From Octopus sinensis (Eukaryota), in NCBI RefSeq assembly GCF_006345805.1, contig NC_042997.1, positions 48,856,001 to 48,920,000 on the forward strand: DNA of 64,000 bases, in the 5' to 3' direction. Below the pieces are notes generated by a model, which was not told where the DNA came from, ran no database searches, and saw only the letters and a list, made by a program, of their open reading frames with translations. The translations under genes were made by a program, and so were the position numbers. Shown in pieces: positions 1-12,019 of this stretch; within the stretch, counting starts at the first letter, position 1, and each line of letters opens with the position of its first letter.

Positions 1-278
1 ACGCACTAGGGATTTTGACCTTTAAATTTTTTGGGGAAAATGCGGATTATACTCAAGGATTTACGGTGTATATATATATATATATATATAATATATATAG
101 GACGAATATATGTGCATGTGTGTATTTTTGCATATATGTATGTATTAGCAGAATACCCGTCATTCCTCAAGATCAAAAGCGGCTATAGGTTATTTTAAAT
201 AAGGAATCATTTGTAATTGAAATACATTTAGCTTAACAGAACATCATTAGTTTTCTCTTGATACGTTATGTTTAATAT

Positions 279-588
279 CACGTGATTTTTTTCGTGACCG
301 ACCAGACCATCAGATGTTGTTACACATCGCTGGTCACAATGCGTTCGCATTGTTTTAGCCTTCGAATGACGCCACCCCGCTGGCTAAGCGAGCAGGCCAA
401 CAGACGAAAGAGTGAGAGAAAGAGTGGTGAAAGAGTACAGCAGGGATCACCCCATCCCTGCCGAAGCCTCGTGGAGCTTTTAGGTGTTTTCGCTCAATAA
501 ACACACACGACGCCCGGTCTGGGAATCGAAACAGCGATCCTACGACCGCGAGTCCGCTGCCCTAACCACTGGGCCATTGCGCCTCCAC
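279..588 (-). mobile_element. tRNA-derived SINE, family T, tail X
   Basis: The reverse complement starts GTGGAGGCGCAATGGCCCAGTGGTTAGGGCAGCGGACTCGCGGTCGTAGGATCGCTGTTTCGATTCCCAGACC (A-box TGGCCCAGTGG, B-box-like GTTTCGATTCC). Head and middle match 24787-25181. Middle and tail match 59198-59402. Confidence 0.85.
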
Positions 589-939
589 ATGTTTAATATA
601 AGAAGTGTAATTGGGATCCAGTACGTTTATAACGGTCTGATGTCTAATCAATCCTACAGATGCACATCCCATATATATAGAACATCTAATTATGTAAATG
701 ATATAAACGTCATTCAGGAAAATTATATAAGAACAGAGGATTAAATAAGATGTAGAAACATTAACGTAATAATTTCTTCTTGATAACCTTTGATAATTTG
801 GAAAATAAGTAGATGCTCAAGTCTCGAGAAGTAAAGCACACAAGGAAATAAAAACATTCATGTGGTGTTGAGAGGAAATATATAGATCGGAGTAGTGAAG
901 GAGTATCACATGTGGTGATAAAATAATTCTCTTTTATCT

Positions 940-1150
940 TTCATGTTTTACTTGTTTCAATCATTAGAATGCGGCCATGCTGGGGCACCGCCTTGAAGAA
1001 TTTTTAGCGAAGTGTATCGACCCCAGATTTTATTTTTTTTAAAGCATGATACTTGTTCTATCGGTTACAGTTACCGAACCGCTAGTTTATGGGGATATAA
1101 ACGCACCAGCAGCGGTTGTCAGTCGATGGTAGAATGGACAAGCACAGACA
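940..1150 (-). mobile_element. 3' half of a CORE-like SINE (family C), decayed
   Basis: Matches the reverse complement of the 3' half of the full copies at 24211-24676 and 56291-56670 (TTACTTGTTTC...CGGCCATGCTGG...GCACCGCC). Confidence 0.75.
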
Positions 1151-1182
1151 AAAAGACACACATTCATATATACATATAATTT

Positions 1183-1566
1183 TTTCTACTCCAGGCACAA
1201 GAACTAACATTTTGGGAGAGGGAGCCAATCGATTAGACCGACCCCAGTACGCAAGTGGTTCTTAATTTATCGACCTCGAAAGGATGAAAGCAAAGTCGAC
1301 CTCGGCGGAATTTAAACTCAACATAAAGACAGACGAAATACATATTTCTTTACTACCCACAAGGGACTAAACACAGAGGGGAGAAACAAGGTCAGACAAA
1401 AGGATTAAGTCGATTACATCGACCCCAGTGCGTAACTTTTTAATCGACCCCGAAAGGCTGAAAGGCAAAGTCAACCTCGGCGGAATTTGAACTCAGAACG
1501 TAGCGGCAGACATAATACCGCTAAGCATTTCGCCCGGCGTGCTAACGTTTCTGCCAGCTCACCGCC
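1183..1566 (-). mobile_element. SINE family M dimer (full unit with tail A plus head-truncated unit with tail B)
   Basis: tRNA-like head GGCGGTGAGCTGGCAGAAACGTTAGCACG...GAGTTCAAATTCC. The core CTTTGCCTTTCAKCCTTTCGRGGTCGAT occurs twice. Junction at about 1341. Confidence 0.85.
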
Positions 1567-1789
1567 TTGGTATATATTTATAATGTTAATTAACGAGAGA
1601 CAACAGGTAACTTAAACTATGCTGGTGCTCTACTCAACATTTAAACACACTAATCGACTTATACTTCTTTGTCCAAATTATTTATTATTCTTATTATTAC
1701 TATTATTATTATTATTATTACTACTACTACTACTACTACTATTCTTATTATTACTATTATTATTATTACATATGACAAGCTGTTTTTCA

Positions 1790-1935
1790 GTTTACGTCTA
1801 CAAAATCCACTTACAAGGCTTTAGACGGCCCGCAGCCATAGAAGAAGACACTTTCCCTAGATCCCACACAGTGGGACTGAACCCCGGACCATGTGGTCGC
1901 GAAGCGAGCTTCTTACCACACAGCCACGCCTGCGT
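1790..1935 (-). mobile_element. 5' half of CORE-like SINE (family C)
   Basis: Reverse complement matches the head of the family C copies (GGCGTGGCTGTGTGGTAAGAAGCTCGC...GTGTCTTCTTCTATGGC). Confidence 0.75.
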
Positions 1936-2029
1936 ATATTACGTTAAATCTTCATTTATACAGTACTTATGTTATATTTGATCTGTATCCTTCATAGCCA
2001 TAAGAATTTTGAACATAATGGTCGACAAA

Positions 2030-2830
2030 ACAGAATATTCAGATTCGCAGAGATCTAAATTATGCTGAAGTGTTACCATGATCATTTTTGCAGGAGACTT
2101 TGGCGCAGACCTGAAGTTTCCAATGAATTGTTAAATTCTGTCGAACTGAACTGTTACTTCTTTTTTCTCAACAATGTCTGTTGATTTGAAGGTATTACTA
2201 GTTTTTATATATGCCTGCAAAAGATGCCAGTTCATGCTGTCATCCACACATTTGTTTGCAGTCACATGTGTATTAATTACTAATGTTACAGATGATGAAC
2301 AACTTTGATGCCAATTTGTAAGCTAGCACTGTGCTGACAAGAATTGGTTCATGTCAAAATTACCTGACAGCTCATCCTCGAAGAGATTCACTATCATGTT
2401 GATACGGAGTTTGAAGTCTGTAAACTTCAGTCGAAAGTTTAAGACAAGCACGAATTTCATCGGCTTTTGTTTTTTAGAATTACTAGCAGTGTCAGTTAAA
2501 ACTGAAGCGAGTTGAAAGGTTCACAACATTTTAACAGAATAGTTAACAGAACCGTAAAACCTTTTTCTTATTTAAGATAGAAAAGATTCTAATTATGTGG
2601 CATCCCTCTGTGCAACATTCCCCAGCAGTTTCTCTCTGTAGGTGGGAAACATTTCACCATTAACTATTAAAAGAAGTTGAAATAAGCTTGAAAATCCACT
2701 TCATCGAGAGGTTGTAAAAAGTAACATTGATTTTCAATGGTGTCTACAGTATAGTCTCTTGTAAATGCACTGTCAAAACTTATTCTAAGTTAGTCTTCTA
2801 TCGGAATATATTGCATTCTTCGGATCCTTC
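2030..2830 (-). mobile_element. Helitron RepHel fossil: end of Rep region plus PIF1-like helicase remnants, frameshifted and internally deleted
   Basis: Manual translation gives collinear motifs TRDYTVDTIENQCYFLQPL (2706-2762), IVNGEMFPTYRE (2633-2668), TILLKCCEPFNSL (2505-2543), KADEIRACLK (2438-2467) and EFNNSLETSGL (2107-2139). These resemble the Helitron consensus motifs GRVYTVHP..ECFYLR, TVNG..TFRE, CEP, ADE..ACLK and EFLNSL..SG. Confidence 0.8.
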
Positions 2831-2864
2831 GTTGTTTTAGGAATTGTTAGGACAAAACATGATC

Positions 2865-3075
2865 GAACCTTTTACTTGTTTCAGTCATTTGACTGCGGCC
2901 ATGCTGGAGCACTGCCTGAAAGGTTTTAGTCAAATCAATCGACCGCAGGATATTTTGTTTAGCCTAGTACTTATTCTATCAGTCTCTTTTACCGAACTGC
3001 TAGATTACAAATATGTAGACAAAACAGCACTGATTATCAAGCGATGACGAGGGACAAGCACAAACACACTGACAC
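2865..3075 (-). mobile_element. 3' half of CORE-like SINE (family C)
   Basis: TTTTACTTGTTTCAGTCATTTGACTGCGGCCATGCTGGAGCAC... is the reverse complement of the family C tail. Confidence 0.8.
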
Positions 3076-3139
3076 GCGCACTCAAACACATACACACACA
3101 CACATACACATGTATATATAGATACATATATATACTTAT

Positions 3140-3805
3140 ATGATGGCTGCCCCCTCGTTATCGAGTATGACCATTGCACGAAGCTTAATTGTTATTGGTG
3201 CTGTGATCGAATGTGACTTTTATTTGCTTTTTAAGGCTACAGCCAGCCATTCAGTTGAGACTCACAGCATTATCAACAATCATGAACAATGTTGTTATCG
3301 TGCAATTCCTGTGCAGGAAGATTTTTTTAAAGTTAGGAAAGGCTGTGAACAGAGTCAATCCCACTCACTAAGCAACAGCAGCCATAATCCGAAAAGAAGA
3401 ACAAATCAACATCATCGGTAACCACTGAGCCGCAGGTTTTATGTCGGAGTTATCACAGTTACCTGAGTTACCTTCTCCTAGAAGGATGCCCTAACAAAGG
3501 CTAGGAGTCCTTCACTTCCAATGGTTTAACCACGCGATCGGGTATTCAGTCCGATTATTTCTATGTTCCCGCACATGATACAGCCTTAAGCCTTAAAAAA
3601 AAAATTACACATTTATTGGATGGCCGTTGACTCTCAAGAGTTCCTCCGCCCTTTGACGGGTTTTGTTTTTCATCCCGCAGGGTGAACAATAAACACCCTC
3701 CTCACCAAGCAAGCTTGGTGGGGCTGCCGGTTTAGTCGCCGACGGCCCGACCACACAACAGGTTGTACTGGGTACATGTTACCAGTAGCACTCGAAAGTG
3801 AGCTT
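3140..3805 (-). mobile_element. Probable RTE-clade LINE 5' UTR remnant, hairpin-rich
   Basis: The minus strand contains CTAGGAGAAGGTAACTC...AAAACCTGC, a motif I associate with RTE 5' UTRs, plus several GC-rich hairpins at 3620-3750. No ORF is retained. Confidence 0.45.
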
Positions 3806-3828
3806 ATATCTGTTCATATATACATACT

Positions 3829-3893
<65 letters not shown>

Positions 3894-3949
3894 TACATAC
3901 ATATATATATATATATATGTACATATATATATATGCACACACATAAACA

Positions 3950-5770
3950 CACATACGCAAAACCTTTCCTCCTCCACCTTCACTACCACGTAAAAATTCA
4001 CCTTCTCACACTCCTTTCCGCTGCTTTCACCCTCTATTAACCTTTCCCTACTAATATTCAATAAAACATGCTTCTCTAGCCACGTTTCCTTTCTCAGTCG
4101 CTGCCTTCATCCCCGCCTTATCCCAAAAGGTTTCCACCTCCTTTTCCACCCCACTCTCCACTCTGCTTCAACCATCCTACCCATACTCCGAACTAGATCC
4201 TACTGCCTTATGTGCGCCACCATTCGTTCTAATCTCTCCAAAATACACACCATCGACCGCCTTCTCCGTCTTGCTTTTTCCATCTTCTTCTCCTTTCAGT
4301 CGTCCTCTCAAGCTAAAACTACTTTACGTTACATAATTCACTTAAATCATCTCTTTCATAACTTTCTCGCTCACACCAAACAACGTAAACCCCACTCACT
4401 CCTCCATTCCATCACACCTGATGCCACTACCCCAACTCCTCCCCTTCTCCCTCACTGATACGTTCCCCTCACCCTCACCAAACCACCCGTCCCTCCCAAA
4501 ACACCACCCACATACCCCTCATCCCCTCCTTCCCAGCCTTCCACCACCCCACCACCCCTCCTACTTCAGTCGGTTACCATTCCCTTCTGGCGACTCCAGT
4601 TCGACCCCTCCACTTCCCATATCTTCCCTAACAACCCCTCTCTCCTTCAAATGAGCCCACAACCAATGAGATCTCTTGGTCCACAGCTTCTTCCCTACCA
4701 CAACCTCCCAACCCGGCTCGTTCCTCTAACCCCGCCCACGCTGCCGCACTTGCCCTTACCTCACCTCTCCAACTCCACCCTCCTCCCAGGCACCCATCAT
4801 CGACCCTATCATATCACTTGCTTCTTCACCTGCACTTCTAGCAACGTCATATACTGCATCTCTTGCTCTCTCTATCTTTCTCTATACATCGCTCAAACAG
4901 GACGCCGCTTGGCTGACCGATTCCCGAGACATCAGACTCGGCAACAAGATCCCGGTCTCACGCCATTTCCGCTCTACCGACCATTCTTTACAACACCTGT
5001 CTGTGTTTCGATTGTCAATATACACGGGCATCCGGACTCCCGTCTTCGCCGTGAACAAGGATTAATCTTCTCTCTTCGCTCCTTTGCGTCACATGGGCTC
5101 AAATCTCCTCACATCTTCGTCTAACCCTCGTCTTCTCTCCTCTCTTCCTCTCACACCTACTTCCCCCACCCACTTCTCCTCTCTGCTCTTACTCCTACTT
5201 CCCCTCTTGACTGCTACCCACCATCTCCCTTCATCGTCACACCCTCCCCATTACCCCATCCCTACACATTCCATCCAAACCACCCCATACCTTACACCCC
5301 ACTCTTGCTTCCACCACTCTCGACTCCCCCACACCACACACCACCACTCCACACACCACCACAACACACCACATCACACCATCCCACACACACTAGCACT
5401 GACCACTTCCCAGCACCCACACAATCATCTACACACCTACACATGCACACACGCGCACGTCAAAGCCACCAGCTCCCTTCACACGCACATACACGTTCTA
5501 ACATACACACAAATGCGTACCTTCGTTTTGGGATCATCACTAATTTATTACTTCCTCTTCTTCCTAACTCTCCTGTGTGACCCCTCTGTCCCGCATTTAC
5601 CATGATAGATCGCTAGCCACTAATTTTTTTTTGATTTTCTCTCCCTGTTTATTTCTGTGTTTCTTTCTGTCGAAGTGCGTAGGCTCGAAACGTAAAAGAC
5701 TTTCCCCAGCGTTAAATTAATACATCTGTTTGTTGTTTACACACCCGTCTTCATTTTTTGTTTTTTGGGT
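3950..5770 (+). mobile_element. Penelope-like element, internally deleted (N-terminal region plus GIY-YIG endonuclease remnant plus pLTR-like 3' end)
   Basis: SHVSFLSRCLHPRLIPKGFHLLFHP near 4080-4150. GIY-YIG-type motif FTCTSSNVIYCISCSLYLSLYIAQTGRRLADRF within ORF 4651-5124. Hammerhead-like pLTR motif at 5662-5699. RT domain not seen. Confidence 0.8.
5662..5699 (+). ncRNA. Minimal type-I hammerhead-like motif of the PLE pLTR, variant core
   Basis: TCTTT-CTGTCGA-AGTGCGTAGGCTC-GAAA-CGTA-AAAGA. Stem I TCTTT/AAAGA, palindromic ACGT stem III and a GUA triplet are present. The core has A6->U and stem II has one mismatch. Confidence 0.6.
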
Positions 5771-5836
5771 TTTTTTTGTAAATTCTTACAAGATATAATA
5801 TATTGATATATTAAAATATATCAAATACGCAATATA

Positions 5837-6626
5837 CGAGGTCTGATCAATAAGTATCCGGACTGTTACGATACTAACGAAGCTAAAGCCCACAGAGTAA
5901 AGCTGCTTGGCAAAGATTGACCTTAAACTCTGTTGTGCATATGCACTAACTGTAAGCGTTCTTGCTCACTTCCACTGTTTACAGCAGTGCCTGGAAGAAA
6001 GGTGTGTAGTGTGTGATCGTCGCATTGACCATGACAGAGAAAGTTGTCATGGCGACACCTACTCAGCGGCCTCCGCAAAGGTGCAGAAGGTGTATAGAGA
6101 TGAGTATATGAGCATTATACAAGTTTACAAGTGTTTCGGACGTTTCCAAGATGTTCGAAAAAATGTCGATATTGAAGAACTTTCTGGGAGACCCGCAACC
6201 AGCAGAACTGAGAAAAACGTCTGTAAGTTATCATCTGTAAGTTATCAGGATTATGGTATGAGTCGCATGTCTGCCAAGTTTGTGCTAAAGCTGCTTTCAG
6301 CTGATCAAAAAGACACTCGGGTTTCATTTGCACAAGATCTCCTTGATTGTGTTGAGAACGATAAAAGCCTTGCAGGTATCACCAAGCCTTTGGCAAAATT
6401 TGATTCAGATTCTCTGCTGAACTTTCTCTGTCGTGGTTAATGCGACGCTCTGACGCTACACACCTTCCTTCCAAGCACTGCTATAAACAGTGCAGCGAGC
6501 TAGAACGTTAAAACTTAGTGCGCATGCATAACATAGTTAAGGTCAATTTATGCCAAGCCGCTTTACTTTGCGTTTTTTAGCTTCGTTACTATGGAAACAG
6601 TCCCGAGACTTATTGATCAGACCACG
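5837..6626 (+). mobile_element. Non-autonomous mariner derivative (790 bp) with ~210-bp inverted arms, both derived from the left end
   Basis: TA at 5835-5836 and 6627-6628. Termini CGAGGTCTGATCAATAAG and CTTATTGATCAGACCACG. The centre encodes a mariner N-terminus (SGRPATSRTEKNV, GMSRMSAKFVLKLL...VEND). The right arm read on the minus strand gives TTEKVQQRI*IKFCQRLGDTC. Confidence 0.85.
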
Positions 6627-6632
6627 TATACA

Positions 6633-6795
6633 CTACGGGCTTATTTCAGTTTCTATCAACCAAATCCACTGACAAGGCTTTGGTCGGCTCGACGTCATAG
6701 TAGAAGACACTTCCGCAAGTTGTTATGCAGTGTGACTGAACCCGGTATTCTGTGGTTGCGAAGTAAACTTCTTACCGCAGAATCATGCCTGCGCC
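6633..6795 (-). mobile_element. 5' half of CORE-like SINE (family C)
   Basis: Decayed reverse complement of the family C head and CORE-like segment. Confidence 0.7.
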
Positions 6796-6809
6796 TATGC
6801 TGGCACAAC

Positions 6810-7110
6810 TGAAAAAGGTTCTAAGTGCTGCGTATGACTTACTGCTTACTGTGCAATAGTTACTTGAGTAAAGTAAATGCATTGGCCATGTTCCAAGTGG
6901 ACAACAAATTGTTGAATACTTGGGTATCTTCATGAAATGAGAAGATGAAAATATGTCTCAAAGTTTCATTACTGCTAGTACTTTGGAGGCTGAAGTGCCA
7001 GTATTAGAGCAAACATTGTGAAGTTAGATCGATCCTTTGGTTATAGATTTGTCTAATTATTCTCTAATTATTTTGCTCATTATCTTTCTGACGTCAATAA
7101 ATTAATGACC
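6810..7110 (-). mobile_element. Helitron Rep-domain fossil, upstream part of the 2030-2830 element
   Basis: SSNETLRHIFIF (about 6942-6977) and RYPSIQQFVVHLEHGQCIYFTQ (6864-6929) resemble the Helitron motif SS.EA.WRIF.F..HER.P.V..L.VHLENGQRVYF. Confidence 0.75.
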
Positions 7111-8257
7111 AGTCAAATACCGAGGTTAGGCATAAATTTGCAGTTGAATACCTAAGTTCAAAACTAAATGTTTCAGCTACGCGCATTGCAGTATATATTT
7201 TCATCCCTATAGTATAGAGCACATTGAAATAACAGCGAGTTGGATATAGAAATTTTTTAAATGTGTTCTTTTAAGATCAGTGATGATAACTCTTGAAATA
7301 AAATATACCAAATCTGATTATGAATATTAGATTTTAGATCTCCACAAACACAATTTGAAGTTGATTTTATCAAATGTATTTTGAATTATGTTTGTACAAA
7401 GATAGGAACTATATGCGTTTACGGAATATTTGACAAGGATGGCCATTTGAATTACTTTCGATCAAAAGACTAAATCATTGCTTTATTAAATAATCCCATC
7501 GGTATATTTAGCATTGCCTTCTGACCGATATGACACTATATCCCTTGAATGTTTCACAATGTGGTCCTACATCAGAATGGCATCGGAAACGATAAAAGAA
7601 ACTAAAGGGAAGATGAACATAGGAACAACACAAGAAATAATTTGATTTGTATTCAGTCCGTTTTTATGTTTGTCATTTCTTTTTATGCGATATGTGTAAT
7701 TATGTTGATTTGAGCGCTAATATATGAATGCCTTTTTTTCTGGCCGTGAGCAAATGTCTGCACACGTAAGTATTTCTATACACTTCTGTGAACTTATACA
7801 ACACAATGTTTTCTGTGTCTATTTAATTAAGCGCAACACACATACACACATACAGAAACATACATAAACAAACTACGCATGCACACGTAAATAAAAAGCA
7901 ACAAGGGAAAGGGAATAAAAATATGGGAATGGAGTGGCATGCTCGGCACGTAATTTGATCAGTGAAACCAACGCCGATGGCTACAGGAATCTTAGAGTTC
8001 GTTAACCAGGTACATTGGAAGATTTTTTTTTCAGTAAGCAATACTAATGTGAAGGAGTACAAATCACCTTTTCATCTCACATCGTCACAAATTTCAGAAA
8101 GATCAAAACAATACTATTCTTCGCATAAGTAAACTCCAAGAGGCTGCGTGGCCGCCGGCTTCGTCTTTAGTTGACCAAATTAAATAAATACTAAACTTTA
8201 TGAAATTAAGTGCTGGCTAATTTTTACTTGCTACTACATACTAATACATATATAATA

Positions 8258-8295
<38 letters not shown>

Positions 8296-8338
8296 ACCAA
8301 TCTTTGGTCGAAACATATCTAAGTTTTATCTAAGTTTT

Positions 8339-8425
<87 letters not shown>

Positions 8426-8803
8426 TAAACTCTCGACTCCGTCGGTTATGAATGATCATGGGTGCACTTAAGATGTTCCCCTCCGGGGTACAAGGCCGGA
8501 CGGTAGGTCGCCTCGTCGGCAAACGCACAACGCAGGGTTGTATTTTTATAGAAGACCAGCAGTCACCCATGCATACCAGCCTCCCCTCTCCACGCCACCG
8601 ATGTTATCCAAAGGAAAGGCAAAGGGGCCGATACAGCTTGGCACCTGTGACGTCGCAACTCATTTCTACAGCTGAACAATCTGGAGCAACGTGAAACAAA
8701 ATGTCTTGCTCAAGAGCACAACACGTAGCCCGGTCCTGGAATCGAGCTCACAACCTAACGATCGTAAGCTCGACGCTCTAACCACTGAGCCATGCGCTTT
8801 CAC
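8426..8803 (-). mobile_element. tRNA-derived SINE, family V
   Basis: The reverse complement starts GTGAAAGCGCATGGCTCAGTGGTTAGAGCGTCGAGCTTACGATCGTTAGGTTGTGAGCTCGATTCCAGG (A and B boxes), followed by a CTTGAGCAAGACA central domain. The 3' end abuts a (GATA)n tract. Confidence 0.8.
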
Positions 8804-8827
8804 TATATATATTTATATATATATACA

Positions 8828-8887
<60 letters not shown>

Positions 8888-9002
8888 CATACCTACATAC
8901 ATACATATATATATATATATTACTGCGACCCCCTTCGGTCATGACTGACCATCGGATTGTACCTAGGAAGTTACCCTTCCAGGCACAAGTCCGGGCAAGG
9001 TT

Positions 9003-9236
9003 GTCTATGTTTAGCCCCTTGTGGGCAATAAAGAAATAAGAAACGTTAGCACGCCGGGCGAAATACTTAGCGGTATTCCGTGTCTTTACGTTCTGAGTTC
9101 AAATTCCGCCGAGGTCGACTTTGCCTTTCATCCTTACCGAGATCGATAAATTAAGTACCAGTTACGTATCGGGGTCGATCTAATCGACTGCCACACCCTC
9201 TCCAAAAGTTTCAGGCCTTGTGCTAGAGTAGAAAAT
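9003..9236 (+). mobile_element. SINE family M chimera (tail A remnant, type-2 junction, unit with tail B)
   Basis: GGGCAATAAAGAAATAAG joined to AAACGTTAGCACGCC at 9040/9041. Ends CCTTGTGCTAGAGTAGAAA. Confidence 0.8.
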
Positions 9237-10224
9237 GATTCATGTTTTCCCTAATCACCGGTCATCAACAGTGAAAGCGTGCGGCGCCTCTACTACTAAT
9301 AACACGACTAACTGGAGACTTGATGCAACAATGTTAATGCTGTATTTGTTGCTGCTATTATTGTTGTTGTATTGTCCCGAGTTCGCTCTCAATGAGCAGA
9401 CCTTATGATGAAAGACATTCTAGAACAACCCACAATACCGTCGTTATATATTTAAACTTGCTGTGTCTAATATGTGTTTTGTATTTATTGAGACTACGTA
9501 CATTATGATCAGAGAGATATTTGGTTGCTATATCCAAAAGGTCAAACGACCTCGTATATAATCCCTCGTTAACTCGTACAACAATTATTTATATAACAAC
9601 AGTAAAGTTTTGATACCGCTCATTTAAAAAACATTCGATCTAGTAATGAATGACCGACCGATTCCTCCAAAGTTTTCAAAATAATAAAACTCATCACATA
9701 AGAGATGACCCTAACCCTATGGCTTCAATATTTGGCTATAGAACTGATCGAATCAAACATATAATGATTTCTAACTTCAGTAAAAAGGCCACAAATTTCT
9801 ATGAAAGGTTATAGGCGATTGATCTTACCCAAATGTAAAGCCATTGTGAATGGAAGTAGTTTATTGCAGTGTTTAGTTACATAGATGCCAATGTTTGGCT
9901 TTAACAGTTAATATATTGGTTCCGTAATACTAATACACGTATTCTTAACATATTAATATCTACGTATTTTACCCGGGCAATATTAATGCAACATGCTCCA
10001 GGGACGCAAATTTAATTGTGAATGCGGCTTTCCAAAAAACCATCTCTTCTTTACAGTACTCCTATTACATCCTTATCGGCCGACATTAAAGAACTAAACT
10101 GGAGCTTTGTAGCAATAACCGTTGTTTATATATTAGGCGATTTATACTTTAGAGAGACATGTGTCGATTTATTCTAAATCGTTGATGTCAATTATTTAAT
10201 AATTTATATGCTTTAGATATTTTG

Positions 10225-10355
10225 GTGGGAAGCATATATACATATATATATACATATATATACTTATATATTATATATATATAATATATATATATTATAT
10301 ATATATATATATATATATTATATAATATATATATATATATATATACACATTATTA

Positions 10356-10397
<42 letters not shown>

Positions 10398-10403
10398 ATT
10401 ATA

Positions 10404-10443
<40 letters not shown>

Positions 10444-10453
10444 ATATATATAT

Positions 10454-10487
<34 letters not shown>

Positions 10488-10495
10488 ATATATAT
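10225..10495. repeat. Interrupted (TA)n microsatellite
   Basis: Seen directly in the sequence. Confidence 0.95.
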
Positions 10496-11298
10496 TGATA
10501 TCCACAAGAAGTAGGCACTATCAAGCTCCATCTTGTTATAGCGTAAAATAATAGGTCACGTTTTTCATATCAGTCAACTATATTCAAATTTCCTCAATAT
10601 ATTCTAGAAGCATTCAGACACCATAGAGAAGTGGAGCAGTTAACCATTATAAGCCATCGTGCATCAATAATCTTTACAATTTTCGATTTTGTAATGTTTT
10701 ATCTATTCGTCTATTTGACAACATAGGATATAATTGGATTTATTGGTATAGATTTTTGTCCCGTTTTTGTTTGCTTTCATTTTTTAAAATCATTTCTAAA
10801 CACTATGTCCATGTAGGTTTATTTTTATATTTACACGCACAGACACACATATATACATATATTTATATATATACATACACATACACACACTCACATATAT
10901 ATATAGGTACTTACATGTATGTACATATATATACATGTATGCATGTATATATATGCACTGCATGTATATGCTTCTGTATAGTAGCAATCAAATTTATGTT
11001 ACTGCATGCGCATATGCACATTCATTAATATATGTTTATATATAGATATACATATATATATATATGTGTGTGTGTGTGTTTATATATTTGTACATTTATG
11101 TGTGTGCTTGTATTTGTGGAAGAAGGATAAAGAATATAAAGTTTGTGTATATATGCATATATATATGTGTGTATATGTGTGTATATATATATATACATAT
11201 ATGTTTGTACACACACATATGCAATATACATGTATGTGTGTATATATATCTATATATATGTACGTATGGTATGTATGTAAATATGTATGCGTATGTTG

Positions 11299-11339
<41 letters not shown>

Positions 11340-11647
11340 TATATATTTATACTTGTGTGTGTATTTGTAGAATGGTAAAGAATAATAATTTATGTATGTG
11401 TATATATATATATGTATGTATGTATGTATAAATGTATGTGCATATATATATGTATGTTTGTATATGCATATATGCATTATGCATGTATACATATGGATGG
11501 ATGTAAATATGCATGTGTGTGTGTGTGTGTGTTCTATAGACTCAATATTTCTGTAAACACACTTACACGACGGGTGGGGTTGGTTAGGATGCGACCGCTG
11601 ATCACAAATGCCGCAAAGTAAAAAAAGTGAAAGAAAAGACAAACGCG

Positions 11648-11678
<31 letters not shown>

Positions 11679-12019
11679 TACAGAGAGAGACAGAGAGCGA
11701 CCACATTTGCTTCCAATTTTTGAATATATGTTACGATGTTGTTTGTCGTTTTGGGATCCTACAGCTTTTTATTTCAGTTTATCTTTTATTGGAACTCATA
11801 CTTATTATTAATGAGGATGGCGGTGAAACAGAGTGGCGGAGGAGAAACGAGGGGAAAGTGGGAGAGAGGGGGTGAAGTGGATTTTCATTTATTTCTCTTG
11901 TTGCTCCTGCACTTGTTTGTCTTGTTACAAACAAGTATAGAAGAGACGCTGACGCCATTAGCCTTAATGGCTGTGGTTGCTGATCGCTTTGTTTCTCTGT
12001 TCCTGTAGCTAGTGTTGCT

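Noticed and set aside
1-70. Possible DNA-transposon terminus (…GAGTATAATCCGC on the minus strand) at the window start
   Set aside because: Truncated by the window edge, and no partner TIR is visible.
7480-8015. Possible exons (minus-strand acceptor near 7605, plus-strand MATGILEFVNQ followed by a GTACAT donor near 8010)
   Set aside because: Isolated splice-like signals on opposite strands with no recognisable peptide, which is expected by chance in AT-rich DNA.
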